Positions 42,342-52,844 of a stretch of 64,000 nt of DNA are shown one piece after another (position 1 is the first letter of the stretch; the number at the start of each line of letters is the position of its first letter). The translations under genes and the position numbers were made by a program. Below the pieces are notes generated by a model. The model saw nothing but the letters and a program-made list of their open reading frames with translations. It searched no databases and had not been told where the DNA came from. Origin of the DNA: Clostridia bacterium (GTDB taxonomy: Bacteria > Bacillota > Clostridia > TANB77 > CAG-508); contig DBGCHZ010000048.1 in NCBI GenBank assembly GCA_048355915.1, forward strand, positions 2,200-66,199, given 5' to 3'.

Positions 42342-43454
42342 ATGAGTATTAAATCAGATTTAAAAAAAGATGGAATTGAGGTTATTGAAAAATTAGATAC
42401 TTTAAAAATAAATTCTATTGCAAAAAATATCGCTTCAAAACTTTGTGAAACATTCCCTGATTATGGTTTAAATGAAAATGAATTGTTTATTAAATTGTCA
42501 AGATTAGATATGTATAAAGCTAAAATGCCTGCTGGAATGGCAGAGGCAAATTATTTTTATAAAAATTCTTCTATTTATTTTAATGAGCATATACCTGATG
42601 ATGATATGGAAGAATTTGCAGTTCATGAATGCATACATTATCTACAAGAGATAAAGGATAAAAAAAATTATTTATTAAAAATGGGATTATGTGATTATAC
42701 CGAATTTAAAATATATGGACTTGGACTTAATGAAGCATCTGTTCAACTTATGTCTTCTAAGATTATTGGTATTCCAAAAGAATATGTTAAATATTTTGGA
42801 ATTACTTTTGAAACTACTAGTCCTTCATATTATCCATTAGAATGTTGTTTAGTAAATCAATTAGCATATTTAGTTGGCGAAGATGTTTTATTCAAAAGTA
42901 CTTTAAATAGTAATGATGACTTTAAATTTTTATTTGCTGATATAACTTCTAAAAAAACTTTTATGACTATTCAAAATGCTATTGATGATATTCTTTTTGC
43001 TGAAGAAGATATTATTAAGCTAAATAATAAAATTATAAATTCTGATTCACAAACAAAAAAAGTTGATGATATGGTAAAAAAAATTGATGAACTAAAAAAT
43101 GAAATAAAATTAACTTTTTTAAGAACTCAGAATCTTATCATTTCAAGTTACTTTGATAGTACATTTGAAAAAATTTCTAATTTAGAAGAAATTGAAAGTT
43201 ATAGAAAAAAACTTTACTCTTTTAAACATTATTTAGGTTATTGTGATGGATATACATTTTTTAATGATTATTATATTCAAAAAATGGATTTGCTTGAAGA
43301 AAAATATAATGCCTTAGAAAATGGCACAGATGTTTCTTCACTTAATTTGATTGTAAAGAAGGAAAGTAAAATATCTTCTTTATTTAAATATTTAAAAAGA
43401 TTAATATTAGGAAATAAATCTAATAATATTTATAATAAAAATGATGAATTTTAA
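42342..43454 (+). CDS. Hypothetical protein with an HExxH motif (HECIH), a putative metallopeptidase-like fold.
   Basis: The ATG at 42342 has an AAGGAG SD. The track ORF was over-extended to 42258. Confidence 0.5.
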   Translation: MSIKSDLKKDGIEVIEKLDTLKINSIAKNIASKLCETFPDYGLNENELFIKLSRLDMYKAKMPAGMAEANYFYKNSSIYFNEHIPDDDMEEFAVHECIHYLQEIKDKKNYLLKMGLCDYTEFKIYGLGLNEASVQLMSSKIIGIPKEYVKYFGITFETTSPSYYPLECCLVNQLAYLVGEDVLFKSTLNSNDDFKFLFADITSKKTFMTIQNAIDDILFAEEDIIKLNNKIINSDSQTKKVDDMVKKIDELKNEIKLTFLRTQNLIISSYFDSTFEKISNLEEIESYRKKLYSFKHYLGYCDGYTFFNDYYIQKMDLLEEKYNALENGTDVSSLNLIVKKESKISSLFKYLKRLILGNKSNNIYNKNDEF

Positions 43455-43461
43455 GTAAATT

Positions 43462-43506
43462 AAAAGAAGCTATCATATACTTTTACTATATGATAACTTC
43501 TTTTTT
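43462..43506. terminator. Bidirectional terminator.
   Basis: AGAAGCTATCATATA...TATATGATAACTTCT followed by TTTTTT. Confidence 0.65.
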
Positions 43507-43696
43507 AATATATACTTAATTTTTTATCTATATGCACTTTTTATATACTATTATATAAAATACTATTAAATTTCTTTGATTTATATATATTAGATAAACA
43601 TATATAACATTTCTTTAATTTCTTACATATACATAATTAAACATAAATAGATACATATTTTAATTCCAATACTATTAATGAAATTACTATTACTTT

Positions 43697-44959
43697 TTAG
43701 TTAACAATTTCATCTAATATATTTTTAGCAGCTTCTCTTCCTGAATATGCAGCCCAAGCAACAGTTCCTTTAACACCTGCCAAATCTCCTCCTGCATATA
43801 TTTTTTCTTTTGATGTTCTATATTTTTCATCTATTTTTATATTTCCCCATTTATTTAATTCAAGGCCTATTTTATTCACTATTTCTGATGGTTTTGAACC
43901 TAATGCCATTATAACATAATCCATATCTATTATATAATTACTATTTTCTATATTAATTGGAGATAATCTTTCTTCTCCTTCTTTTTTTATCAGTTTTGTT
44001 TTTATTAATTCTATTTTTTCTACTGATTTTTCTCCTACAATTTTTACTATGTTATTTTTAAATACAAATTCTATTCCTTCCTCTTTTGCTTCTTCTATTT
44101 CTTTTCTTTCTGCTGGCATTTGTTCTTCTTCTCTTCTATATATGATTGTTACTTTTTTTGCCCCTAGTTTCTTTACCGTTCTTGCACAATCTATCGCAAC
44201 ATTTCCTCCACCTATTATTGCAACATTTTTATTCTTATAATCTGGATGTAGATTATATTCTAATAATTCATTTCCACCATATACTCCATATATTTCTTCT
44301 CCTTGAATTCCCATTTTACTTGATTTATTCGCTCCTATACTTAAAAATATTGCGTCATATTCTCTTTCTAATTCTTCTAAATTCAAATTTCTTCCTAATT
44401 CTTTTTCATATTTTACTTTTATTCCTAGTTCTAATATTTGTTTTACTACCTCTTCTACTCTACTTTTCTTTAATCTAAATTCTGGTATTCCAAATACTAA
44501 TAATCCACCTAAATATTTATATTTTTCATATATAGTAACATCTATTCCTTCTTTTGCTAAAAATGCTGCACATGTTAGTCCTGATGGTCCTCCTCCTATT
44601 ATTGCTACTTTTTTATTCTTTTTTTCTTTTTTATCATAGCAATCTGCCAATCTATAATTTTGTTCTTTTGCTTTTTCATATGCAAAATTTTCTAACTCTC
44701 CTATTGATACAGGTTCTCCTTTTATTCCTCTTACACATGAACCTTGACATTGTTTGGCATGAGGACATATCTTACCACATATTCCAGATAATACAGTAGT
44801 CTCTGATAGTATTTTATATGCCTCTGCATATTCTTCTTTTTTCAATGCTTCTATAAATCCTGGTATATTATTATTTAATGGACAGCCTTTTTGAGAACAT
44901 GGTTTTACCTTGCAATTTAAGCAATAATTTATTTTTTCTTCAATCTTTTCTATCATCAT
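43697..44959 (-). CDS. GltD/NfnB/SudA-family FeS-FAD NAD(P)H oxidoreductase (glutamate synthase small-subunit-like).
   Basis: It has N-terminal Cys clusters (CLNCKVKPCSQKGCP), the dinucleotide fold GGGPSGLTCAAFLA, and a second GGGNVAIDCART. Confidence 0.75.
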   Translation of the reverse strand: MMIEKIEEKINYCLNCKVKPCSQKGCPLNNNIPGFIEALKKEEYAEAYKILSETTVLSGICGKICPHAKQCQGSCVRGIKGEPVSIGELENFAYEKAKEQNYRLADCYDKKEKKNKKVAIIGGGPSGLTCAAFLAKEGIDVTIYEKYKYLGGLLVFGIPEFRLKKSRVEEVVKQILELGIKVKYEKELGRNLNLEELEREYDAIFLSIGANKSSKMGIQGEEIYGVYGGNELLEYNLHPDYKNKNVAIIGGGNVAIDCARTVKKLGAKKVTIIYRREEEQMPAERKEIEEAKEEGIEFVFKNNIVKIVGEKSVEKIELIKTKLIKKEGEERLSPINIENSNYIIDMDYVIMALGSKPSEIVNKIGLELNKWGNIKIDEKYRTSKEKIYAGGDLAGVKGTVAWAAYSGREAAKNILDEIVN

Positions 44960-45035
44960 ATTCCTCTTTTCATTTTATTATAAATTCTAATTTATTTTAT
45001 ATTTTACAATTTACTCTGTCAATTTGACTGACCAT

Positions 45036-46865
45036 CTATCTAGTATAACTTTCTATTTTCTCAAAGTTCCCATCTTTATCTTTTTGATATTTTTCTTTTG
45101 TATCTAAATCAATATATTCTTTTTGAATAACTAATTTTTGTCTTTGTTTTTTGCCTTTTCCTATATATTTTACCTTCTTTAAATGCTTAGGATATTTTTG
45201 TGTATCACCACTAGCAATATATTTGCAATGTTCAATAAAATGAAATTTATCAATTTCTTCACTTTGATTTATTTTGAATTCTTCTAATTTCTTAATTTTT
45301 GAATTATCTATCGGCATAAGTAATTTTCTTGTAATTGATTTTCCATTGATTTCAAAATCTTTTTCGCCTTGATAAATTGGTATTTTATTTTCTAATTTAT
45401 TTCTTTCTAAAAATTCTTTCATTTCTTTTAATGGCATATGTAAGAATAAAGGTCCACTTAGTTTTTCGATGTCAAATCCTATAAGTATATATTTTTCATC
45501 TTCTTTATCTTCTATGTATCCCCAGTTTTGTATCTTTTCATTTATTAAAGCTTCTTCTATTAATGCAAAATTTATTGCGCTTTTCCCTTTATATAAATTA
45601 TTTATCATATTTTTTGCTACTATAAATTGCTCTATATCGTCACCTATTATATTGTTACACATTGGTAATGTTTTGTTAAAATATTCTAAATATTCTTCTT
45701 GATAATCTGCTGATACTTTCCTTATATATGGTCCTATATCAACTTCTCCCTCTGTTCCATTCTTTTTAATATCTTCTTCTACTTGTACTACAATTTTTTC
45801 TACCGCAATATTTAAAAAGTTTATTTTTTCTAGTTCTTTTTCTATAATATCTTCATTTATTAATTCATCTTTTCCATTAGTTTTTTCTATTCTAAATTTC
45901 GCTATTTTTTCTATCAACCCTAAATCTTTGCTAATAAATTTTGCATTATTCATTCTTTCTATTTCTTTTGTTAGTCTATTACTCCAAAATGCACTTTGTG
46001 CCATTAATGTTTTTATTGGTAGTTTTTCTAAAAAGTTTTCTGTAAATATTTCTTTTATTCCTAATTCATTTTCTCCATCACTTATTTCATAACTCAATTC
46101 TTCTAAATTTGTCTTTTCTAAATCATTTTTATATTCTCTTTGATATTTAGATAATAGTTTCAATTGATCTAAAATATTCACAAGTACAATAATAGATTGT
46201 ATATATGCAGTTCTAGTGTTCTTTTCAACATTACTTTTTTGTTCCTTAAAAAAATTCATAAAATTCATCTTTTCATTTCCTATGAATTTTTGCATTTCTC
46301 TTATTTCTTTTATATTCTCTTCTTCGACTTCTTTTTTTAGAAACTTTCTAAATTGTGGTGATTTTTGGTATTCAATAATGAATCTTCTATCTTCATCTGA
46401 TATTCCGTCACTTATTTCTCTATAATTATTTAAAATTTCTCTAACTACATTTTCTTTATTTAGTCTTATGCTTTTAGTGATTTTAAACTTTCTAGATGAT
46501 TTTTCATCTTTTACTTTTTCATAAATTTCTTTTAATTCTTCTTGATTATAGTATAATTCTTTATATGAATTATACATATGTGAAAATCCACCTAATGCCA
46601 TAGCGTCTGAAATTTTTATTAAATAATCTTTAAATATTTCCTCTATTCCTTCTATCATATTATACGATATATTTTCTATTTCTCGATCATCTAATTGTTC
46701 TTCCTTTATTTTTTCATATATTGGTTTCATTGATTTATCTACCATCTTCAACAATGTAGTTATCCAGTTTTTAGTTTCTTCTTTTTTTACTCTATTTTTT
46801 CGCTTAAAGTTAATGTTTTCTTCGCTTTTATGGATACTGTCTATTATTTCCTTAAAGTCTCTCAA
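45036..46865 (-). CDS. Hypothetical 609-aa charged cytoplasmic protein.
   Basis: Long ORF with no recognisable motif. It is the first gene of the udg/pgeF/addB-side cluster. Confidence 0.45.
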   Translation of the reverse strand: MRDFKEIIDSIHKSEENINFKRKNRVKKEETKNWITTLLKMVDKSMKPIYEKIKEEQLDDREIENISYNMIEGIEEIFKDYLIKISDAMALGGFSHMYNSYKELYYNQEELKEIYEKVKDEKSSRKFKITKSIRLNKENVVREILNNYREISDGISDEDRRFIIEYQKSPQFRKFLKKEVEEENIKEIREMQKFIGNEKMNFMNFFKEQKSNVEKNTRTAYIQSIIVLVNILDQLKLLSKYQREYKNDLEKTNLEELSYEISDGENELGIKEIFTENFLEKLPIKTLMAQSAFWSNRLTKEIERMNNAKFISKDLGLIEKIAKFRIEKTNGKDELINEDIIEKELEKINFLNIAVEKIVVQVEEDIKKNGTEGEVDIGPYIRKVSADYQEEYLEYFNKTLPMCNNIIGDDIEQFIVAKNMINNLYKGKSAINFALIEEALINEKIQNWGYIEDKEDEKYILIGFDIEKLSGPLFLHMPLKEMKEFLERNKLENKIPIYQGEKDFEINGKSITRKLLMPIDNSKIKKLEEFKINQSEEIDKFHFIEHCKYIASGDTQKYPKHLKKVKYIGKGKKQRQKLVIQKEYIDLDTKEKYQKDKDGNFEKIESYTR

Positions 46866-46867
46866 TT

Positions 46868-47425
46868 TTATAATTCCTTTCCTAACTTTTTCATAACTAA
46901 TTTTAAGTCTTTTATAAAGTCTATTTTTTTATTTTCATCTCTCAATAATGCTGCTGGATGCCAAGTTGGCATATACATTATTCCTTTTTTTTCTATCCAT
47001 TTTCCTCTGGAAGCTGTTATTCCATATTCTTTTCCTAATATATTTTTTAGTGCTACACTACCTAATAATACTATTATTTCTGGTTTTACTAATAATACTT
47101 GATTTCTTAGATAATTTAAACACGCAAAAGCTTCATCATCTTCTGGATTTCTATTTGATGGTGGTCTACATTTCACAACATTAGCAATATATACTTCTTC
47201 TCTTTTTATTCCCAAAGTATCAAATGCTAAATTCATTAATTTCCCTGCTTTTCCCACAAAAGGTTCGCCTTGTCTATCCTCATCTGCTCCTGGCCCTTCT
47301 CCTATGAACATTATCTTAGCATTTTTATTTCCTTCACCAAACACTATATTTTGCCTTGTTTTACATAATTTACATTTATTACATTCTTTTATAGATTCTT
47401 CTAATTCTTCCCATGTTTCAAACAT
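46868..47425 (-). CDS. Uracil-DNA glycosylase, family 4.
   Basis: It has GEGPGADEDRQGEPFVGKAGKLM and an Fe-S Cys pattern. Confidence 0.85.
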   Translation of the reverse strand: MFETWEELEESIKECNKCKLCKTRQNIVFGEGNKNAKIMFIGEGPGADEDRQGEPFVGKAGKLMNLAFDTLGIKREEVYIANVVKCRPPSNRNPEDDEAFACLNYLRNQVLLVKPEIIVLLGSVALKNILGKEYGITASRGKWIEKKGIMYMPTWHPAALLRDENKKIDFIKDLKLVMKKLGKEL

Positions 47426-47439
47426 ATTTATTACATCCT

Positions 47440-48279
47440 TTATTTTAGTTCTATTATTGCAGTTTCTAATCCATATCCTTCCTTTTCTATTCTATACGAA
47501 TGTACTAAGTTGGAATTGCAAACACTACATATCTTACTATCTATTATATTTTCTTTTTTTAGCCCTTTTTCTTCTAGTATTAGTTGATTTATTAATACTG
47601 TATCTATTGTCCATTTTTTATTTGAAACAGTTTCTGTTATAATATTATTTTTTTCTATTATACTTTTAAATTCATTTTCAAACATATCTTTTACTTCTTT
47701 TTCTACTTCAAAATGACATTTTCTAATACTTGGACAAATACAACATATTATATTTTTAGGATTACAATTATATTCTTCTTCCATTTTTTCAATAGCTTTT
47801 GTAGAAATTCTCTGTAATGTTCCTCTCCATCCTGAATGAACATTTGCAATTACTTTTTTTATTGGGTCAAAAAACAATAATAAAATACAATCTGCATTTG
47901 TTGTTGATAATATTAAATTTTTCTTATTAGTAACTATTCCATCTGTCTCATTGTATTCTTTCAAATTGAAATCTGGTTCATTTTCTTTTATTTTTTTGTT
48001 AGCTATTTTTACTGTATTTGTATGCTTTTGATTAGTTTTTACCGTATTTATATAATTGTTTCCTATTGCATTACACAAGTTTTCATATGAGTTTATTGCT
48101 AAATTATATTCATCTTCTGAAAGTTTTTCTTTATTTACTTTTGCTGTTCTAAAATTCACATCTGTTCCTAAGCTATAAGCATGTCTTATTATATCACTAT
48201 ATTCTAATAGCTTTCTAAATTGAATATATTGAACTCCATTTTTATTCACATGAATTATATTCTCATTTGATAAATCCAT
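47440..48279 (-). CDS. pgeF: PgeF/YfiH-family purine nucleoside phosphorylase (peptidoglycan editing factor).
   Basis: It has the motifs ADCILLLF, HSGWRG and CSVCNSNLVHSYR. Confidence 0.85.
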   Translation of the reverse strand: MDLSNENIIHVNKNGVQYIQFRKLLEYSDIIRHAYSLGTDVNFRTAKVNKEKLSEDEYNLAINSYENLCNAIGNNYINTVKTNQKHTNTVKIANKKIKENEPDFNLKEYNETDGIVTNKKNLILSTTNADCILLLFFDPIKKVIANVHSGWRGTLQRISTKAIEKMEEEYNCNPKNIICCICPSIRKCHFEVEKEVKDMFENEFKSIIEKNNIITETVSNKKWTIDTVLINQLILEEKGLKKENIIDSKICSVCNSNLVHSYRIEKEGYGLETAIIELK

Positions 48280-48282
48280 ATT

Positions 48283-51200
48283 TTATTTTCCTTTCATTTT
48301 TTCTATTATCTCATCTTTTGTTTTTTGGTCTATATAATTATATTTGTTATCTTTCATTCTTGGATTAAATCCACAAATTGCTTTATATTCACAATATTCA
48401 CATGGTGTTTTTCCTGCTTTGTTATATGGTTTTAACTCTATTCTTCCTTTTAGTATTTCTTTTGCTATATCTTTTATTGTTTTATATATATAATCTTGTA
48501 ATATTTTAAATTCTTCTTTTTCTACACCATTAGTCCAGTCATGTCTTACTGTTCCTGATTTTGTTATTGCTGCTGGTACCATTTTTGAACTTCCTGATTC
48601 TAAGGTATTATCATTCATTTTTATTATTTTCACATCTGCTACAATTAACCCTTTCATTTTGAAGTTCTTTCTTATCATATCTTCAATTTCTTCTTCTGAT
48701 ACTTTTTTATCAGCTTTTATCATTTGCTCTAATAGTGAAAAATAAAATACTCCTGCTGGAATTAAATCTTCTTCCTTACATACTGCATCCATATATGTTA
48801 ATAATTGAATTTGTAAACCTGCATAAACCTCATTTAAGTCAATATTTTTACTTGAAGACTTATAATCTATTATTCGTAAATATTTTCCGTCATCACTTGT
48901 TGCAGTATCTATTCTGTCTATTTTTCCTTTTATTTCTACTCTTTTTCCATCTTCTAATTCTAAAATTATTGGCTTATATTTTCCTTTTTTATCAAATTCA
49001 ATTTCTGTTCCTTCTATATTGAAATCACTATATATTAATGTTTCTATTATATATTTTAAAGCTTGACTAACTATCTTTTTTAGCCTTTTTACTAATATTT
49101 TATATTTTGCTGTTGCTGTAAATATATAATTTTTTGATAAATTTAAGTTTTCATCTATTATTTTCGAAACAATTTCTTGAATTTGTATTTCATCTAGTTC
49201 TGGTAAATTTATTTTTTCTTCTTTTACATATTTGAAAAATTCATCTATCGTTTCATGCATAAATGAGCCAGTATTAAAACTTTGAACTTTTAATTCTTCT
49301 TTTGGTTTAAGCCTTAGCCCATATTGTAAATAATATGAAAATGGACATTTTCTATATTGTTCTAATCGTGATACACTTGTATTTAATGTATTTCCATATA
49401 ATTTGTTTATATTTTCTTGTTTTATATTTTTAGGAAGATTTGTATATTGTAATCCTTCGAAATCTTCTTTTAAATTTTCTTTCCACTCTAATTCTTGTTT
49501 GTAATATTCATAAATGTTATACCAAATATTTTCTATTTTTTCTTTATTTTTTAGCTTATAGATATTTTCGATTAATTCATCATATGTTATTTTTTTATTT
49601 ACTATTTCATATTTTTTATTTATTACATCACTTTCTTCTGAAAGATTAGGGAATATTTTTTTTATCTTATTTATTAACATTGATGGTCTTAATGATTTAC
49701 TTTCACTATCTGATGAAGAATATGACATGTATATATTATTTTCTGCTGTTGAAAATACTTTATATATATTGAAATTATCTTCATAAAGATTTTCAATAGT
49801 TCCATTTGCTAGTTCTAGTCCATCATTTTTCAAAATTTCTCTGTCACTGTCATTCAAAAAACCTTCATCTTTATTTACACTTGGAAATATTCCATCATTT
49901 AAACCTATTATAAAAACGGTATCTACTTTGTGGCTTCTAGTTCTATCTACATCTCCAAATGTCACTTGGTCTTGAGTTCCCGGAATCTTTCCTAACCCAC
50001 TATTCTTCAAACCTATCTTTAATATCTTGTTATATTTATCAAATGTTAATTTATCATTTTTAAATGCGATTACTATTTCATCTAAAATATCTAAAATTAT
50101 TTTATAACTAGCTATATATTCATTTGCTATGTCTATTAAGCCTAAGCTTTTTAGCTCTTCTATTTTGGTAGAAATTTTTTCTTCAATATTGTTTTCTTGC
50201 ATAAATTCATATAATTGTTTTGATATATTTATTCCTGTTCTTTCTTTATCAATATTGTTCTTTAATTTTATTAGTGGGTTTATAATTTGTTTTCTTATTT
50301 CATTTAGTCTTTCTATCTCTTGCTTTTTATTATCATCATTTAGTTCATATTCAAAATCTTTTTTCCACTTATTTCTCTTTATTCCCCATTTGTTACAGTA
50401 ATTTTCTAGCTTGAATAATTCATCTTGTTCTATATCTAAAAATCCTAGTTTTATATAGTTAAAAATTGATTCATTTGAAAAATTGCTTGACAATATCTCT
50501 AAAATTGAAATTATGTATTGTACAATTATATTTTGATTTAGGTCTCTTTTTTCATCTATAAATACTGGTATTTCGTAGTCAGAAAAAATACTTCTAATTA
50601 AAGAAGAATATGTATCTATATTTTTGGCTATAATTGCTATATCCTTATATCTCAATCCTTTTTCTCTAACTAATTTTGTTATAGTTTTCGCTATATTTTC
50701 TATTTCAGAATATTGATTTTTAGCTAAAAATAAATGTAAATTTTCCACATTTTTCTCATATTTTGTGGATTTTATATTGTATATATTTTTTTCTAGGTGT
50801 CTTAATTCATTGTTCTTAAATCTATATTGTTCTTCCAATTTTATTGGTTCTTCTAATTCTAATTTTTCTTGATTTACAAGATTTATTATTTTTCTTAATG
50901 TCTTTTTATTTGAATAGAAAATATCAATATCAGGATTTGTGTTAAAATCTAATTCATCTATACACATTGTTATATTTACTTGTTTTGCATATTTTATTAA
51001 TTCTTTTATTACTTCATATTCTTGACTTGTAAATCCCGAAAATTCATCTATATATATTATACTATTTTTTATAAAATCTACATCTTTTATATTTTTTGAA
51101 AGTATTGTTAGTAAATCTGTTTCTTCAATATATTTTTCTGATATTTGATTTTCAAAATTTTCATATATTAATTTAATATCTTCTAATTTTGTTTTTAAAT

Positions 51201-51633
51201 ATTTGTCTTCTAATTTTTCCGTTTCTTCTTTTAATTTTTCTAGACTAATTCCGTGTTTTTTCATTTCTGTGATACTTTGCATTGCTGTTTCTATATTCTC
51301 ATCAGATTTTCCTAAAAACTTAAAATTATTTTTATTATTATCTAGGATAGAATAAATTAGCATTGCTTTTCCACATTTTGAAAGTGTACTTTTTGAGTTT
51401 CCACCTATTGTTTGCATAATTCTGTGTGCTAGTCTACTAAATGTTATTACTTCTGCATTTATTACAGCTTCTTCTTTTAAATAATTCATTAAGTTCTTTT
51501 CTGCTGTAAATGAAAATTGTTCTGGTGTTATAAAATATATATTTTCTTGTTTTTCTACTAAGTTTGCTATTTCTGAAAAACAAAAGCTACTTTTTCCAGT
51601 TCCTGCTTTTCCATAAATTATTCTTAATCCCAT
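48283..51633 (-). CDS. addB: ATP-dependent helicase/deoxyribonuclease subunit B (AddB/RexB).
   Basis: It has the N-terminal GKAGTGKSS Walker A and a C-terminal RecB-like nuclease with an Fe-S Cys cluster (CEYCEYKAICGF). Length is 1116 aa. Confidence 0.85.
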   Translation of the reverse strand: MGLRIIYGKAGTGKSSFCFSEIANLVEKQENIYFITPEQFSFTAEKNLMNYLKEEAVINAEVITFSRLAHRIMQTIGGNSKSTLSKCGKAMLIYSILDNNKNNFKFLGKSDENIETAMQSITEMKKHGISLEKLKEETEKLEDKYLKTKLEDIKLIYENFENQISEKYIEETDLLTILSKNIKDVDFIKNSIIYIDEFSGFTSQEYEVIKELIKYAKQVNITMCIDELDFNTNPDIDIFYSNKKTLRKIINLVNQEKLELEEPIKLEEQYRFKNNELRHLEKNIYNIKSTKYEKNVENLHLFLAKNQYSEIENIAKTITKLVREKGLRYKDIAIIAKNIDTYSSLIRSIFSDYEIPVFIDEKRDLNQNIIVQYIISILEILSSNFSNESIFNYIKLGFLDIEQDELFKLENYCNKWGIKRNKWKKDFEYELNDDNKKQEIERLNEIRKQIINPLIKLKNNIDKERTGINISKQLYEFMQENNIEEKISTKIEELKSLGLIDIANEYIASYKIILDILDEIVIAFKNDKLTFDKYNKILKIGLKNSGLGKIPGTQDQVTFGDVDRTRSHKVDTVFIIGLNDGIFPSVNKDEGFLNDSDREILKNDGLELANGTIENLYEDNFNIYKVFSTAENNIYMSYSSSDSESKSLRPSMLINKIKKIFPNLSEESDVINKKYEIVNKKITYDELIENIYKLKNKEKIENIWYNIYEYYKQELEWKENLKEDFEGLQYTNLPKNIKQENINKLYGNTLNTSVSRLEQYRKCPFSYYLQYGLRLKPKEELKVQSFNTGSFMHETIDEFFKYVKEEKINLPELDEIQIQEIVSKIIDENLNLSKNYIFTATAKYKILVKRLKKIVSQALKYIIETLIYSDFNIEGTEIEFDKKGKYKPIILELEDGKRVEIKGKIDRIDTATSDDGKYLRIIDYKSSSKNIDLNEVYAGLQIQLLTYMDAVCKEEDLIPAGVFYFSLLEQMIKADKKVSEEEIEDMIRKNFKMKGLIVADVKIIKMNDNTLESGSSKMVPAAITKSGTVRHDWTNGVEKEEFKILQDYIYKTIKDIAKEILKGRIELKPYNKAGKTPCEYCEYKAICGFNPRMKDNKYNYIDQKTKDEIIEKMKGK

Positions 51634-51745
51634 TTGTTGTTTGTATGATATATTTAATAACCTAAATACAACATACTCTCCTTCCTTATTTATCTTTTAT
51701 ATTAATAATTATCTTTTTACTATTTTAGAAATTATTTCTTTACTT

Positions 51746-52615
51746 TTATGCTTCTCTTCTCCAATAAAATAAATATTGTTGTGCAAGACCTGCTAAATTT
51801 CCAAACTTTTCTTTTGCTAAATTTTCAATTTGTTTTTTACTTACTTTATTTTCATCTTCATTTTTTATGTATAAATCATTCATAACTCTTCTTACCCAAA
51901 CATCTATTGGAAATACCTCAAATCTTTTTAAGTTTGAAAATAATAAAATACAATCTGCAACTTTTGGTCCTACTCCTGATAATGTTAAAAGTTTTTCTCT
52001 TACCTCTATGGTGTTTGGATTATTTTGTAATTCTTCTAAGTCAATTTCTTTTTCCAATACCATTTTTGTAGTTTCATATAATCGCACATCTCTAAATCCT
52101 AATCCTAAATTTCTATATTCTTCAACTGTTACATCTTTTAGTTCTTCTGGTGTTGGAAATGTATAATATTCTTTTCCATTCCATTCAATTTTCTTTCCAT
52201 AGTTTTTTGATAGTCTTTCTATTATTCCTTTTATTCTAGGTATATTGTTATTGGCTGAAATTATAAAAGAAATTATTGTTTCCCATAATTCTTGATTTAG
52301 AATTCTTATTCCTTTTCCATATTCTATACTTGTTTTCATATTATCATCTATTTTTGATAGCTTTTCTTTTATTTCTTCATAATCTCTATTCATATCAAAA
52401 TATTTGTTTATTTCTTCTTCAAAATTTTCAGCGTTACTAACTCCTGTAAAAATAATATTTTCATTTTCTTTTTTTACATTTACTACATTATTTTTCCATA
52501 TTCCAGTATAACTATCATCATCTTCTTTATTCCATCTAAAACATTGTCCACAGTCAAATATGTCTTTTAATTCAAATGAACTTGGACTTTTTATTATATA
52601 TTTTTGTTCTTTCAT
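51746..52615 (-). CDS. ogg: 8-oxoguanine DNA glycosylase (Ogg, HhH-GPD).
   Basis: It has GQCFRW near the N-terminus and an HhH-GPD loop LSGVGPKVADCILL. Confidence 0.8.
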   Translation of the reverse strand: MKEQKYIIKSPSSFELKDIFDCGQCFRWNKEDDDSYTGIWKNNVVNVKKENENIIFTGVSNAENFEEEINKYFDMNRDYEEIKEKLSKIDDNMKTSIEYGKGIRILNQELWETIISFIISANNNIPRIKGIIERLSKNYGKKIEWNGKEYYTFPTPEELKDVTVEEYRNLGLGFRDVRLYETTKMVLEKEIDLEELQNNPNTIEVREKLLTLSGVGPKVADCILLFSNLKRFEVFPIDVWVRRVMNDLYIKNEDENKVSKKQIENLAKEKFGNLAGLAQQYLFYWRREA

Positions 52616-52844
52616 ATTTACTCCGTTCCCTTCTTTAAGTAGATGTTACAATGTATAATTTTTTATTAATAATTTAAAGTTGATAACATTTTTATTTTAT
52701 AAAAATTTATTAGTCTAAATCGATTTTAAGTTTGAATATTATTCGTTTTTTCTTCTCGTACTAATTGTAATTATACTATATTTTTGTTAGTTTGTGTATA
52801 TTTATGTCGTATTTAATTTTTACTTTTGTTGAAATCTTTTTTAT

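Noticed and set aside
48283-51633. The 1116-aa protein as AddA rather than AddB.
   Set aside because: An N-terminal single Walker A without the full UvrD-type helicase motif set, plus a C-terminal Fe-S Cys cluster in the nuclease, is diagnostic of AddB. AddA would be about 1200 aa with helicase motifs I-VI.
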